Positions 10,306 to 19,452 of a stretch of 64,000 nt of DNA are shown here, one piece after another. The notes under the pieces were generated by a model. That model made no database searches, was not told the DNA's origin, and was given only the letters and a program-made list of their open reading frames with translations. Origin of the DNA: an uncultured delta proteobacterium (GTDB lineage: Bacteria > Desulfobacterota > Syntrophobacteria > BM002); contig CAVQGX010000020.1 of the NCBI GenBank assembly GCA_963712115.1, forward strand, positions 1 through 64,000, written 5' to 3'. The position numbers and the translations under genes were made by a program. The first letter of the stretch is position 1; every line of letters begins with the position of its first letter.

Positions 10306-10790
10306 GAAGTTCTAACAGGAGTTTCCCCAAAAATGAGTGGATCATTCTTGCAACCTCTGTTCAAGAGCCAGTTTACCTCTGGTGTGCAAATGAAAGCGGC
10401 CTTGCTGATGTCTCTTCTGTCGTTCCAGGGCTCACGGTCTGGCCACTTCTAGCCCAGTTGGGGCCGGGGGAAGGCGCCCCCTCCCTCTGTTCCCGCCTTC
10501 GCAATGCTTCGGCGGGCCAGGGGCTCCCCCAGCCACAGCCGGGGAAGTGGCACAGACCTTTCGCAGTCACTCAGAATAGACACCAGCAAAGGCCAAAAGG
10601 GGAAACTGCCAAACAACGAGCATCTGAGCAACCTTTCTTTACGAATCTCAGCCTCGATGGGGCCTGCATGAAGATGTGGTGCTTACTCAACAGGGACTCT
10701 GCCAATAGATGGCGCGAATATGATCGTTGTGGAGTAGCTTCCCCGTGGCCCAAGTCACAGGAATATTTTTGGGGAAACTCCTGGAACTTC
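10306..10790. repeat. ~485-bp element with terminal inverted repeats and a ~200-nt internal rod-like hairpin
   Basis: CAGGAGTTTCCCCAAAAAT (10316-10334) is the exact reverse complement of 10765-10783; nested stems 10398-10594. Confidence 0.65.
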
Positions 10791-11097
10791 AAAGGATGAA
10801 GTTAAAAAATTGTTGGTAGAATTAGTTGATAGCTGCGGAAAATCTGGGAAAGAAAGGTGTAGTTTACAATTTTTGCAGCAATTGGGAGAAAATCGCAGAT
10901 TTAACATATTTCTTTCTTAAGGTTATATTGTTGATAAGGCATCTATGTTAACGATATCTGTTCTATTTCAAATAACGAAAAAATCCTGGCGATCTTAGGA
11001 GCTTAGAAAATAAAGGATTAAATTGCTAAGAGTTACAAAAAGTTAGTGTGTGTTGATAACAGAAGGTAAAGAGATTGCTTTTTCCTCCTAACCGAGA

Positions 11098-11127
11098 TTG
11101 ACAGAATATATGAGGGTAATTTATCTT
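11098..11127 (+). promoter_or_regulatory. Putative sigma70 promoter
   Basis: TTGACA-N18-TATCTT upstream of ORF 11202. Confidence 0.35.
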
Positions 11128-11201
11128 AACTAAAATCTAGGCGCAGTATACATACCTAGCACCCAAGATTTCCCTTTTCACACCAGCCACAACAAGAGAC
11201 C

Positions 11202-11444
11202 ATGGATCAGTTTACATTGCCACTCGAAGAGTCTCTGGAACTCAAGCAAGCCGTGGAGATTAACAATGCCTTGGCTGTAATACTTGGGAACGCCCAGTTG
11301 CTTTTGCTCAAGAACACAGTGGCCCCAGAAGATAGAGCCAAGCTGAAAGCCATTGAGCAGAGTTCTTTCAGGATTCAGGGTCTTGTGGAGCGTATGCTGC
11401 AATCAACAAGAACTACTACCGTTCTTAACTCCACCCCACCTTAA
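11202..11444 (+). CDS. Stand-alone HisKA/DHp-like small protein lacking the phosphoacceptor His
   Basis: AVEINNALAVILGNAQLLL resembles H-box AHEINNPL..ILGNAQLL. Confidence 0.65.
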   Translation: MDQFTLPLEESLELKQAVEINNALAVILGNAQLLLLKNTVAPEDRAKLKAIEQSSFRIQGLVERMLQSTRTTTVLNSTPP

Positions 11445-11535
11445 CCCCCACGTTTTTCAATTGCCTTAACCTTACCTTATGTTATATTTTTGGACTGTTC
11501 GCCCCCGTCCATACTGTGCGGAAAAGGATCTATTA

Positions 11536-12177
11536 TTGGCTCGCATTGATGACTATAGAGAAGCCTTTCGGCTGGCCTGCCAGGAGCTTGCAACGGTAAA
11601 CTTACACCGTATTTGTTCGCTGAGCGGTGCTGTCTGCATTGAGGACAAAAACGGTAATCCGGCCATCAGCATACCTTTTATAAACCAAGATCATCTGATC
11701 CTTTTTGAGCCTGAAGTTGATGTGACTCTTCAAGGCAACGGTGAGCCGGTACCCATACCAGAAAAAATCCTTATTCTGCACTATCTGCTCACAGCCCGGG
11801 GAGAATCCTTGCAGCAAAACCCCATAACCTTCCGACAAGTGCCGGAAGGACCTTTCTATTACTCGGCTTTTATTAAAAGGGCTCTAGATCCATTGGCCCA
11901 GACTTTCGGTGGTGAGCCTCAGGGACTTCTTGACTGCGGCTATCAACTTGGGGCTGTTCCGGATGAATTAGGCGATGCCTCTATCACCCTAAAGCCACTG
12001 CCCCGTGTTCCGGTTACCTTTGTTATCTGGGGTGGGGATGATGAACTCCCCCCACAAGCTAACATCCTCTTTGACGAGTCCATAGTCAGCTACCTCCCCA
12101 CCGAGGACATAGCAGTGCTGAGCAGCATGATCGTCTATCGACTTATCAGGATCAAACAGAGACAGGGTCGCGGCTAA
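11536..12177 (+). CDS. DUF3786-family protein (probable TTG start; ORF track starts 11479)
   Basis: KILILHYL, FRQVPEG, PLPRVP..WGGDDELPPQANILFD..LPTED. Confidence 0.8.
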   Translation: MARIDDYREAFRLACQELATVNLHRICSLSGAVCIEDKNGNPAISIPFINQDHLILFEPEVDVTLQGNGEPVPIPEKILILHYLLTARGESLQQNPITFRQVPEGPFYYSAFIKRALDPLAQTFGGEPQGLLDCGYQLGAVPDELGDASITLKPLPRVPVTFVIWGGDDELPPQANILFDESIVSYLPTEDIAVLSSMIVYRLIRIKQRQGRG

Positions 12178-12435
12178 TCCCGGGAGTTGCTAACGACAGA
12201 GAGCAGCTAGAGAATAAGTCGGAAATCCTAAGGACGAAAAGAAATTGAGGAATTAGGGTATTGGGGAATTCACAATCAAGAAAGCCTTGGAGATTGCCAT
12301 GTCTCAGTCCCATAATCCCAAAATTCCTGAATCCCTGAATTCCCGAATTTTTTGGATTTCGAATTTGGTGGCGAAGACACTGCTCTGTGGTTTATCCTAC
12401 CCTGAGTGGTAGCTTTGACTTGGATAGGAGCATGT

Positions 12436-13209
12436 ATGAAAATTGCTATAAGTGGCAAAGGTGGTGTGGGCAAGACGACTTTGTCAGCTTTCCTCTGCAG
12501 ATGGTTTGGAGATCAAGGCCATAAGGTACTTGCCATTGATGCCGATCCAGCCACCAATCTTGGGACGGCCTTAGCCTTTCCCGGTGCCGATTCACTTCCA
12601 CCCATCACAGAAATGAAGGAGCTTATTGCTGAACGTACTGGAACCAAGCCAGGAAGCATGGGAGGTTTTTTCAAGCTAAATCCCAAAGTTGATGATTTAC
12701 CTGAAAAGATCGCCATCTCAGATGGTAATATCAGGTTGATGATTATGGGTGGAGTTCAGCAAGGGGGAACGGGCTGCCTCTGCCCTGAGAATGCCCTGCT
12801 AAAAACCCTTGTGGCCCACCTGATCCTCGGTCGGAACGAGGTTGTGGTAATGGACATGGCCGCCGGTTTGGAGCATTTGGGTCGCGGCACTGCTCAAGCT
12901 GTTGACCGTCTCATTATTGTGGTGGAGCCAGGCCGCCGGTCCATTGACGTGGCTCAGCGAATCAGAACTCTCGCTGGAGATATTGGTCTGAAAACCCTCT
13001 ATCTTGTGGGCAACAAGGTCCGCGGTTCCGGAGATCGTGAGTTTCTCCAGGAAGCCTTGCAAGGATTCCCATTCATCGGGTTCATTCCTTATGATGGCAA
13101 AATAATTGAAGCTGACCTCAAAGGAGAGTTCGCCGCCGATGTGAGCGACGAAACTAGGGCGGCTCTGGAGCAAATCGCCGCCAAAATAACCGCTGGTGAT
13201 GTAAGTTGA
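12436..13209 (+). CDS. cooC: CooC-type nickel-insertion ATPase
   Basis: SGKGGVGKTT, DADP, GCLCPEN, GLEHLGRG; GGAG RBS before ATG 12436. Confidence 0.9.
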   Translation: MKIAISGKGGVGKTTLSAFLCRWFGDQGHKVLAIDADPATNLGTALAFPGADSLPPITEMKELIAERTGTKPGSMGGFFKLNPKVDDLPEKIAISDGNIRLMIMGGVQQGGTGCLCPENALLKTLVAHLILGRNEVVVMDMAAGLEHLGRGTAQAVDRLIIVVEPGRRSIDVAQRIRTLAGDIGLKTLYLVGNKVRGSGDREFLQEALQGFPFIGFIPYDGKIIEADLKGEFAADVSDETRAALEQIAAKITAGDVS

Positions 13210-13246
13210 ACTGTCAAAACCCTCAGCTTAGAAATGCGAGATAACC

Positions 13247-14107
13247 ATGTTAAAAGGCAGAGACATCCCGCAGCAACTCTGGCTACCCTCCAGGTCGGGA
13301 GAGCAAAGACTGAGCGATATCCAAAACACTAGGGATCACCGCAACATTAACATCGACAAAGTGGGCGTCAAAAACATCCGCTATCCTATTACCGTCTTGG
13401 ATCGCACCCACGGTCGTCAACAGACGGTGGCCAATATCAACATGTATGTGAATCTTCCCAAAGAGTTCAAGGGAACCCACATGAGTCGTTTCATCGAAAT
13501 ACTCAATGAGTATCATGGGGAGATACACATCCGCAACTTCGCCACTATTCTAGAGACTATGAAGAACCGGCTGCAAGCGGAATCAGCTCATCTGGAAATT
13601 ACCTTCCCCTATTTTATTGAGAAGAAATCTCCTGTTTCGAGTGCCTCGGGGCTAATGGAGTATGGCTGCCGCTTGAGGGGATCTCTGAGCGCGGAGGATG
13701 GACACGACCTGGTTGCCGAGATCAGCGTCCCTATTACCACAGTTTGTCCCTGTTCCAAAGAAATTAGCGATTTTGGCGCCCATAATCAACGCGGGGTGGT
13801 GCGGCTGGCGGTGCGTTTCAAACGATTTGTCTGGCTTGAAGAACTTATCCAGGTTGTGGAAGCTGAGGCATCGTGCGATGTCTACTCTGTTTTAAAACGG
13901 CCAGACGAAAAGTACGTCACAGAGAAAGCTCACGATAACCCCAAATTCGTTGAAGACGTGGTTCGAGACATTGCCTCCAGGCTGGAAGAAGATCCCAATA
14001 TAACCTGGTATTCCGTGGACTCGGAAAACTTCGAATCCATCCACAATCACAGTGCCTACGCTTTTGTTGAACGGTATAAGGAAGAAATCTCCCAGGTGGA
14101 GGATTAG
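13247..14107 (+). CDS. folE2: GTP cyclohydrolase IB (start uncertain)
   Basis: KGTHMSRF, CPCSKEIS..GAHNQR, FESIHNHSAYA. Confidence 0.94.
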   Translation: MLKGRDIPQQLWLPSRSGEQRLSDIQNTRDHRNINIDKVGVKNIRYPITVLDRTHGRQQTVANINMYVNLPKEFKGTHMSRFIEILNEYHGEIHIRNFATILETMKNRLQAESAHLEITFPYFIEKKSPVSSASGLMEYGCRLRGSLSAEDGHDLVAEISVPITTVCPCSKEISDFGAHNQRGVVRLAVRFKRFVWLEELIQVVEAEASCDVYSVLKRPDEKYVTEKAHDNPKFVEDVVRDIASRLEEDPNITWYSVDSENFESIHNHSAYAFVERYKEEISQVED

Positions 14108-14128
14108 GAGAAGGAATAATGCGGTCTT

Positions 14129-14308
14129 GCCCGGATATTTCATGAATTGCTGTCGCGAGACCGCGAAGATGGGCGTGCCACCTGGCACCCGCAGGGTGTT
14201 GGTTCCGAGGCGTACCTGAATGGTACGTCGCAGGAGCCGACACCTGAGGACGCCAGGAAGGACGGCCATATCCGTGGTCGCAGCAGGCGATTCATGAAAT
14301 ATCCGGGC
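14129..14308. mobile_element. 180-bp MITE-like element, copy 1
   Basis: TIR CCCGGATATTTCATGAAT / ATTCATGAAATATCCGGG; near-identical copy at 30920-31099. Confidence 0.8.
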
Positions 14309-14317
14309 AAGGCCGCA

Positions 14318-15472
14318 TTACGGTGCCTCCTTCAGTTCCTGGACCTTTTCAAAAAGTTTCTGGGCCCTGAGAAGATAGCTTTGCACCTGCTTGTAGTTCG
14401 GATCGACTTTGCTCACCAACTGCCACTGCTCGATGGCCTCTTTTAGCCTTTCCTCTTCAAAATGCTCAATTCCCTTGAGGTAGTGCACCTCTTTATAAGC
14501 ATCTTCCGCCCGTCTGATATACTCTTTGCAGGCAGTCCACTCGTCGTCATAACTCAAGGCTTCATAAAAGTGGTCCCTGGCCTTTAGGTATTCAGCCCGG
14601 TTGAAAAAAACCTCCCCCTGGCGGTAATGGGCCCAGGCCATATACTCTTGGACTTTTTTCCTCGAGGGATCAGTGTTCAAGACTTTCTGGAATTCATGGA
14701 GCGCTGCAAGATACTGTCCCTCCTCCAGCAAAGTCACTCCTTGTTCTTGATAAATTGCCACCGGGTCATAATCCATCTCTTGCTCTGAAGCCAGCGAGGG
14801 ATCTTCCCCAGACTTTTCGCCACCTTCTTGGTCCACCGCATAGGTGGTATCTTCTTGCAGTGGTGGTTCTGAGGATTGCTTCTCCTCGAGATCGCTGAAA
14901 AGCACCCCTTGGGTCTCCGGGATTATTAACTTCATGCCCGTGTAAAGCTTGGTTGCATCTTCCAGGTCGTTTACACGAGCAATGATCTCGAATTTACTCT
15001 GATCTCCATAATACTTCTCAGCTATAGCCGTGAGATACTCACCCTGCTTTACCTCGTGCACCACATAGCGACCAAAGGGTGGCGGTGGGGCGGGCTTTAG
15101 TAATTCCACCACCTCTGGAAAATCGGGCCTCAGCCGCAAAGCCACGAGGAATTCATGCCGGGCATTGGCGTATTTTCCCTGCTCATGGTAATCGAGACCC
15201 CTCTGGTAGTGTTTTTCAGCATCCTTACGGAGAGACTCTTGAAGCCCTTCCTTCTTGGCAACAATAACCGCCAGAGAAGCTTCGTAGAACTGCAAGGCCT
15301 TTTGTGGCTGGCCCTTGCGCTCGTATTCCAGGGCTCGCTCCAGCAAAACCCTTTCCAACCGCACCTCGGGCGGCTCCTTAGCTTCGGGCTTTTTTCTCAA
15401 AGCAGCACAGCCGCCCAGGCTAAGCGTCAGAATGGCCAGACAAAATAGAAGTTGGACCAACCTGTATTTCAT
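14318..15472 (-). CDS. TPR- and LysM-containing lipoprotein
   Basis: LGGC lipobox, TPR repeats, LysM HEVKQGEYLTAIAEKYYG..LIIP. Confidence 0.85.
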   Translation of the reverse strand: MKYRLVQLLFCLAILTLSLGGCAALRKKPEAKEPPEVRLERVLLERALEYERKGQPQKALQFYEASLAVIVAKKEGLQESLRKDAEKHYQRGLDYHEQGKYANARHEFLVALRLRPDFPEVVELLKPAPPPPFGRYVVHEVKQGEYLTAIAEKYYGDQSKFEIIARVNDLEDATKLYTGMKLIIPETQGVLFSDLEEKQSSEPPLQEDTTYAVDQEGGEKSGEDPSLASEQEMDYDPVAIYQEQGVTLLEEGQYLAALHEFQKVLNTDPSRKKVQEYMAWAHYRQGEVFFNRAEYLKARDHFYEALSYDDEWTACKEYIRRAEDAYKEVHYLKGIEHFEEERLKEAIEQWQLVSKVDPNYKQVQSYLLRAQKLFEKVQELKEAP

Positions 15473-16563
15473 TGCAGGTTTGCTCCACGAAAAAACTTCA
15501 CCAGCTGCTCAAATGAGTGTCCTGTCATAGGATTCATTACCTGATTCCTCCCCACCTTGAAAGGGTTGGCAAAGAAGGGGGTTATCCCGCGGGTCACGGT
15601 CACTCCGCCCCGATAACCGGCCTCAAGTGCCATGGAGACGACCAGATTGTTCCAGCGCCCGTAAGGATAGGCCAACCAGACTGGATTTTGCCCTAAATGC
15701 TTTTGAATGAGCTCACGAGGGACCTGTAATTCTCGCTCGATCCTCTGGAGATACTTGGCCTGACTCTCCCCTTTGCGCTTGAGAGTGAGATCAGCATGAG
15801 TGATGGTGTGAGCTTCTACTTCAAAGCCTGCTTGCGCCAGCTCCCTTAACTGCTCCCAGGTCAAAGCATTCGGGCTGTTGTCAATAAAATCAGTATAGAT
15901 GAACAGGGTCGCGGTGAAATTGTGTTTCTTTAGTATGGGGTATGCTAGGTCGTACACCGACCGATAGCCGTCGTCTATGGTTATGGCCACAGCTTTGCGG
16001 GGCAGAGGCTCTTGATAGTCAATGAACTTCAACAATTCTTTCATGTTGACGGCTCGATATCCTTCCTTTTTCAGAAAGGCCATCTGCCGGGCAAACTCAT
16101 CTACTGGCATACAAAGGCTGTTGGTGCATTGTTCACTGAAATGGTGGTAGGTAAGGACGGAAACTACCTGATAACCATCTGCAAAAAGGCCACCGGGATT
16201 TACTGGTCGCAAGGGGATTACCAACACTTGGCCTGGCTCGAGGGCCACCAGTTCGTTTGCCTCCACGATCATCCAGACCTTGTCCGGATCTCCATAAAAT
16301 CTGCGAGCAAGGTCGGTAAGGCGGTCGCCTTTCTTGACCACATAAACTGCCACTGTCTCTGCCTGGAAAAGTGCACCACCCTTCTCTTTTATGAGAGAAC
16401 TTTTGTCTTCTCCGCTCCCTGGACGGAAACCACTTGCCCCCTCAGGGGTCAACCAAAGGCAGAGAAGGGTAAGCAGCAAGGCAGCTATTCTACCTGCTCC
16501 TCTTGCCTGTTTAATGCTCTTCCGCCTTCTGCTCCAGGTGTGCTCTTCGGTCGAAAACCTCAT
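15469..16563 (-). CDS. LysM + CE4 polysaccharide deacetylase, exported
   Basis: LysM YVVKKGD; TIDDGY, HTITH, AYPYG NodB-type motifs. Confidence 0.88.
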   Translation of the reverse strand: MRFSTEEHTWSRRRKSIKQARGAGRIAALLLTLLCLWLTPEGASGFRPGSGEDKSSLIKEKGGALFQAETVAVYVVKKGDRLTDLARRFYGDPDKVWMIVEANELVALEPGQVLVIPLRPVNPGGLFADGYQVVSVLTYHHFSEQCTNSLCMPVDEFARQMAFLKKEGYRAVNMKELLKFIDYQEPLPRKAVAITIDDGYRSVYDLAYPILKKHNFTATLFIYTDFIDNSPNALTWEQLRELAQAGFEVEAHTITHADLTLKRKGESQAKYLQRIERELQVPRELIQKHLGQNPVWLAYPYGRWNNLVVSMALEAGYRGGVTVTRGITPFFANPFKVGRNQVMNPMTGHSFEQLVKFFRGANLQ

Positions 16564-17923
16564 ATATTTTCACTGGCTCCTTCCTGCCTTTGACCTCCAT
16601 CGCTCCCCGCGACCGGAAAGTAAAGTCTGAAATATGAGCCACCTTTACATAGGTCTGCTCGCTGATAAGGATCTCATCGGGCCCGGCCAGATCAGTGAGA
16701 CGAGATGCCACATTGACGTTGTCTCCAATCACTGTATATTCCATGCGTTTACTGGAACCGAGGTTTCCCGCTACCACTTCCCCGGTGTTTATGCCAACCC
16801 CGACCTGAATATGATCGGCAGTTGCTGGCAGCATCTGGTTTAATTTGGGCAAATGGTGACGCACCTCCAATGCTGCCTGCACAGCCGTCTGTGCGTGGTT
16901 GGGATCAGGCATCAAAGCCCCAAAGACCCCCATAACCGCATCGCCTACGAACTTGTCAAGATAGCCGCCATACTGAATGATGATATCGGTCACCATGGTA
17001 AAATAGGAATTAAGTAGATCCACAACCGCATCGGGATCACTTCTTTCCGCCATAGTGGTAAAACCTCGTATGTCCACAAATACAATTGTAGCCTCCAAAC
17101 GGATTCCCTTCATCCATTCATCGTCTGGACTAGCTAGAATGCGTTCTACGATCTCTGGTGTTACATAGCGACCGAATGAGGTCTGAATTCTCTCTTTTAA
17201 GCGCAAGTCCTCAGCCATTCGGTTAATGGCCTTGCCCAGATCACCCAGTTCATCGTTGCGGAAAAGGCTCACCCGGTAGGCAAAATTACCCTTCCCTATC
17301 TCTTCAACCGCTCCCACTAGCCTTTGAATTGGGCGGGAAAAATAGAAGCTCAACACCATACTCATGGCAATACCAGTTATGGTGATGACAAGGGTCATCA
17401 TCAGAATAAACAACTTGGCCTTGATAATACTCGCTTCGATATATTTCTTGGTCAAACAGAGATGCACTTCACCTATCTTGAGCCCCTGATACAACACAGG
17501 GGTAGAAAAAAGAAGGCGGTTTTCCTCTTTTTCCTGATAACTCCGGAGTTGCAAGCCATTTGTTTCAAATACCAGCTGGCTATCTGACGGTAGCACATAG
17601 GTACTACCCACCTGATTGATGTCACTGTGCGCCTGAATGATTCCGTTGCTGTTTAGAATAAGGGCAAAGACCACCTCTTCATTCTTGGCAATGTCCGAGA
17701 CCAACTGATACAGGGGCAGCTCCGCTTCTTCCAAAAGATCTTCAGGGCTATTCCTCGCGGCATAGCTGGACATGGTGGTACCGAACTTAATCAACTGATT
17801 GGTGAACTGAATTCTTTGGCGTTTGAGAATACTAGTGCTGATGGTGGCCACGATGGCAAAAATGGCCAGTGTTGCCAGGAAAGAAAATTTGGCAAAAATA
17901 GGTATGCGTAACTTTTTGAACAA
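16511..17923 (-). CDS. Membrane class III adenylate cyclase with periplasmic sensor and HAMP domain
   Basis: Two TM segments, RNDELGDL..NRM HAMP, FVDIRGFT, DKFVGDA, YTVIGDNVNVASRL. Confidence 0.92.
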   Translation of the reverse strand: MFKKLRIPIFAKFSFLATLAIFAIVATISTSILKRQRIQFTNQLIKFGTTMSSYAARNSPEDLLEEAELPLYQLVSDIAKNEEVVFALILNSNGIIQAHSDINQVGSTYVLPSDSQLVFETNGLQLRSYQEKEENRLLFSTPVLYQGLKIGEVHLCLTKKYIEASIIKAKLFILMMTLVITITGIAMSMVLSFYFSRPIQRLVGAVEEIGKGNFAYRVSLFRNDELGDLGKAINRMAEDLRLKERIQTSFGRYVTPEIVERILASPDDEWMKGIRLEATIVFVDIRGFTTMAERSDPDAVVDLLNSYFTMVTDIIIQYGGYLDKFVGDAVMGVFGALMPDPNHAQTAVQAALEVRHHLPKLNQMLPATADHIQVGVGINTGEVVAGNLGSSKRMEYTVIGDNVNVASRLTDLAGPDEILISEQTYVKVAHISDFTFRSRGAMEVKGRKEPVKIYEVFDRRAHLEQKAEEH

Positions 17924-17961
17924 GGTCGGAGCCCCTTATCTTCATCAACTTCCGAAAAGAT

Positions 17962-17990
17962 GCATAGCGCATAGCGCATAGCGCATAGCG
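17962..17990. repeat. (GCATAGC)n heptamer tandem repeat; related inverted tracts at ~19325-19415, ~45825-45895, ~54710-54795
   Basis: gcatagcgcatagcgcatagcgcatagcg read directly. Confidence 0.7.
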
Positions 17991-18120
17991 AAAAAATCCA
18001 AACTCCGAAGACCTCTTTCCATGATTTAAGACCACGATGCAGTTTATATTAAGGTCCCTAAGTTGCTTACTAGTATGCGTTTTTCTTTGTCTTGTCAAAC
18101 GCTCTGCGCTTTGCGCTTTG

Positions 18121-19227
18121 CTAGCGGATCTTAAGGGTCGCCAAAGATAACAAAGCAAGAATACCAGCAACAATCCACAATCTAATTACAACCTTGGTTT
18201 CGGCAAAACCCCTGTGCTGCAAGCTATGGTGGAGTGGTGCTCGATAAAAGATTCTTCTTCCCAGCCAGCGCACCCCGATCTTGTCTTGAATTTGTGACGT
18301 CAGCGCCTCAGTTAAAAAAAGGCCGCCTAGGAGGGGAAAAAGCAACTCTTGCTTGAGCAATACGCTTAGAACCGCCACCGTGCCCCCAATGGCAAGAGAA
18401 CCAGTATCACCCATAAATATCTGGGCTGGATATGCATTATACCAGAGAAACCCCAGGCCTGCGCCAATAAAGGCGGAAACAAAAACTGCCAACTCTCCCG
18501 CTCCCCGCAGGTAGGGATATTGTAGATAGCCCGCATAGATGGTATTGCCCATGACGTAGGCAAAGACGCCTAAGACTCCAGCCACAAATATTGATGGGGT
18601 AATGGCCAAACCATCAAGTCCGTCAGTGATATTCACTGCATTGGCAACCAGTAAAAGGAAAAGAAAAATAAAGAGCCCATAGAATAGACCCAGGTCCAAG
18701 AGGGGTCGCTTAAGGAAGGGTACATACAGCTTGGTGGCAACCCCCGGTTCCACCGGAGAAAGAGGCCCCAGATAGACCAAGATGAATGCCAAGCCAAATA
18801 ATCCTTGCAAGACAAGCTTAGTTACCTCTCCTAGACCTTCTTCTCCGCTGCCACGTGAACTCTTCAGCCAGTCATCCCAGAAGCCGATACCACCGAACCA
18901 GAGAAGGGTAGCGAGACTCAGGAGTAAGAAGGTATTGGTAAGATTGGACCATAGCAATATGGAGATTGTCATGGCCACAATCAACAGCACCCCACCCATT
19001 GTGGGTGTGCCAGCCTTGTCAAATGCTGACGGAATACCCGTTTCCCTTACCCGATCGAGAAAGTTGCGTCGGTGCATAGCGCGAATGAAGCGGGGACTCA
19101 AGAGAAAAACAATTAGCACCGCGGTCAATGCTGACATAATCGAGCGAAAGCTCAGATAACCCAAAAGTCTAAGAAAACCTAGTGTCTCAATCTGACTATG
19201 AAACCATTGTCCAAGGTGGTAAATCAT
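18121..19227 (-). CDS. mraY: Phospho-N-acetylmuramoyl-pentapeptide transferase, divergent paralog
   Basis: KAGTPTMGG, WDDWLK, NAVNITDGLDG, IFMGDTGSL, APLHH. Confidence 0.9.
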   Translation of the reverse strand: MIYHLGQWFHSQIETLGFLRLLGYLSFRSIMSALTAVLIVFLLSPRFIRAMHRRNFLDRVRETGIPSAFDKAGTPTMGGVLLIVAMTISILLWSNLTNTFLLLSLATLLWFGGIGFWDDWLKSSRGSGEEGLGEVTKLVLQGLFGLAFILVYLGPLSPVEPGVATKLYVPFLKRPLLDLGLFYGLFIFLFLLLVANAVNITDGLDGLAITPSIFVAGVLGVFAYVMGNTIYAGYLQYPYLRGAGELAVFVSAFIGAGLGFLWYNAYPAQIFMGDTGSLAIGGTVAVLSVLLKQELLFPLLGGLFLTEALTSQIQDKIGVRWLGRRIFYRAPLHHSLQHRGFAETKVVIRLWIVAGILALLSLATLKIR

Positions 19228-19452
19228 TTTTTTTCCCCATTATCTGGTAGGACAGTAAATGTCTCACTGTCTCGCAATCCCTTGGGATGTGTAACCATAC
19301 GTCAGTGGTCCGTTTTGGCTCACTGCCTTCGCCGCATAGCGCCAGGCGCAGAGCGCATAGCGTCTTGTCACCATCTAATAATAACCCGCTTTGCGCTATG
19401 CTCTATGCGCTAAGCGTCTTTAGCAATGGACTCGATATTGTGCGACCTCGGC

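Noticed and set aside
10373-10799. ORFs, or a cobalamin riboswitch/RNase P/SRP/tmRNA, in the structured spacer
   Set aside because: No consensus motifs found; ORFs are explained by the palindromic element
14147-14446. ORFs over the 180-bp repeats (also 30877-31093 and 63089-63271)
   Set aside because: They are translations of MITE sequence with no transposase motifs
17962-17990. Tandem repeats as a CRISPR array
   Set aside because: No spacers, 7-nt unit and no cas genes
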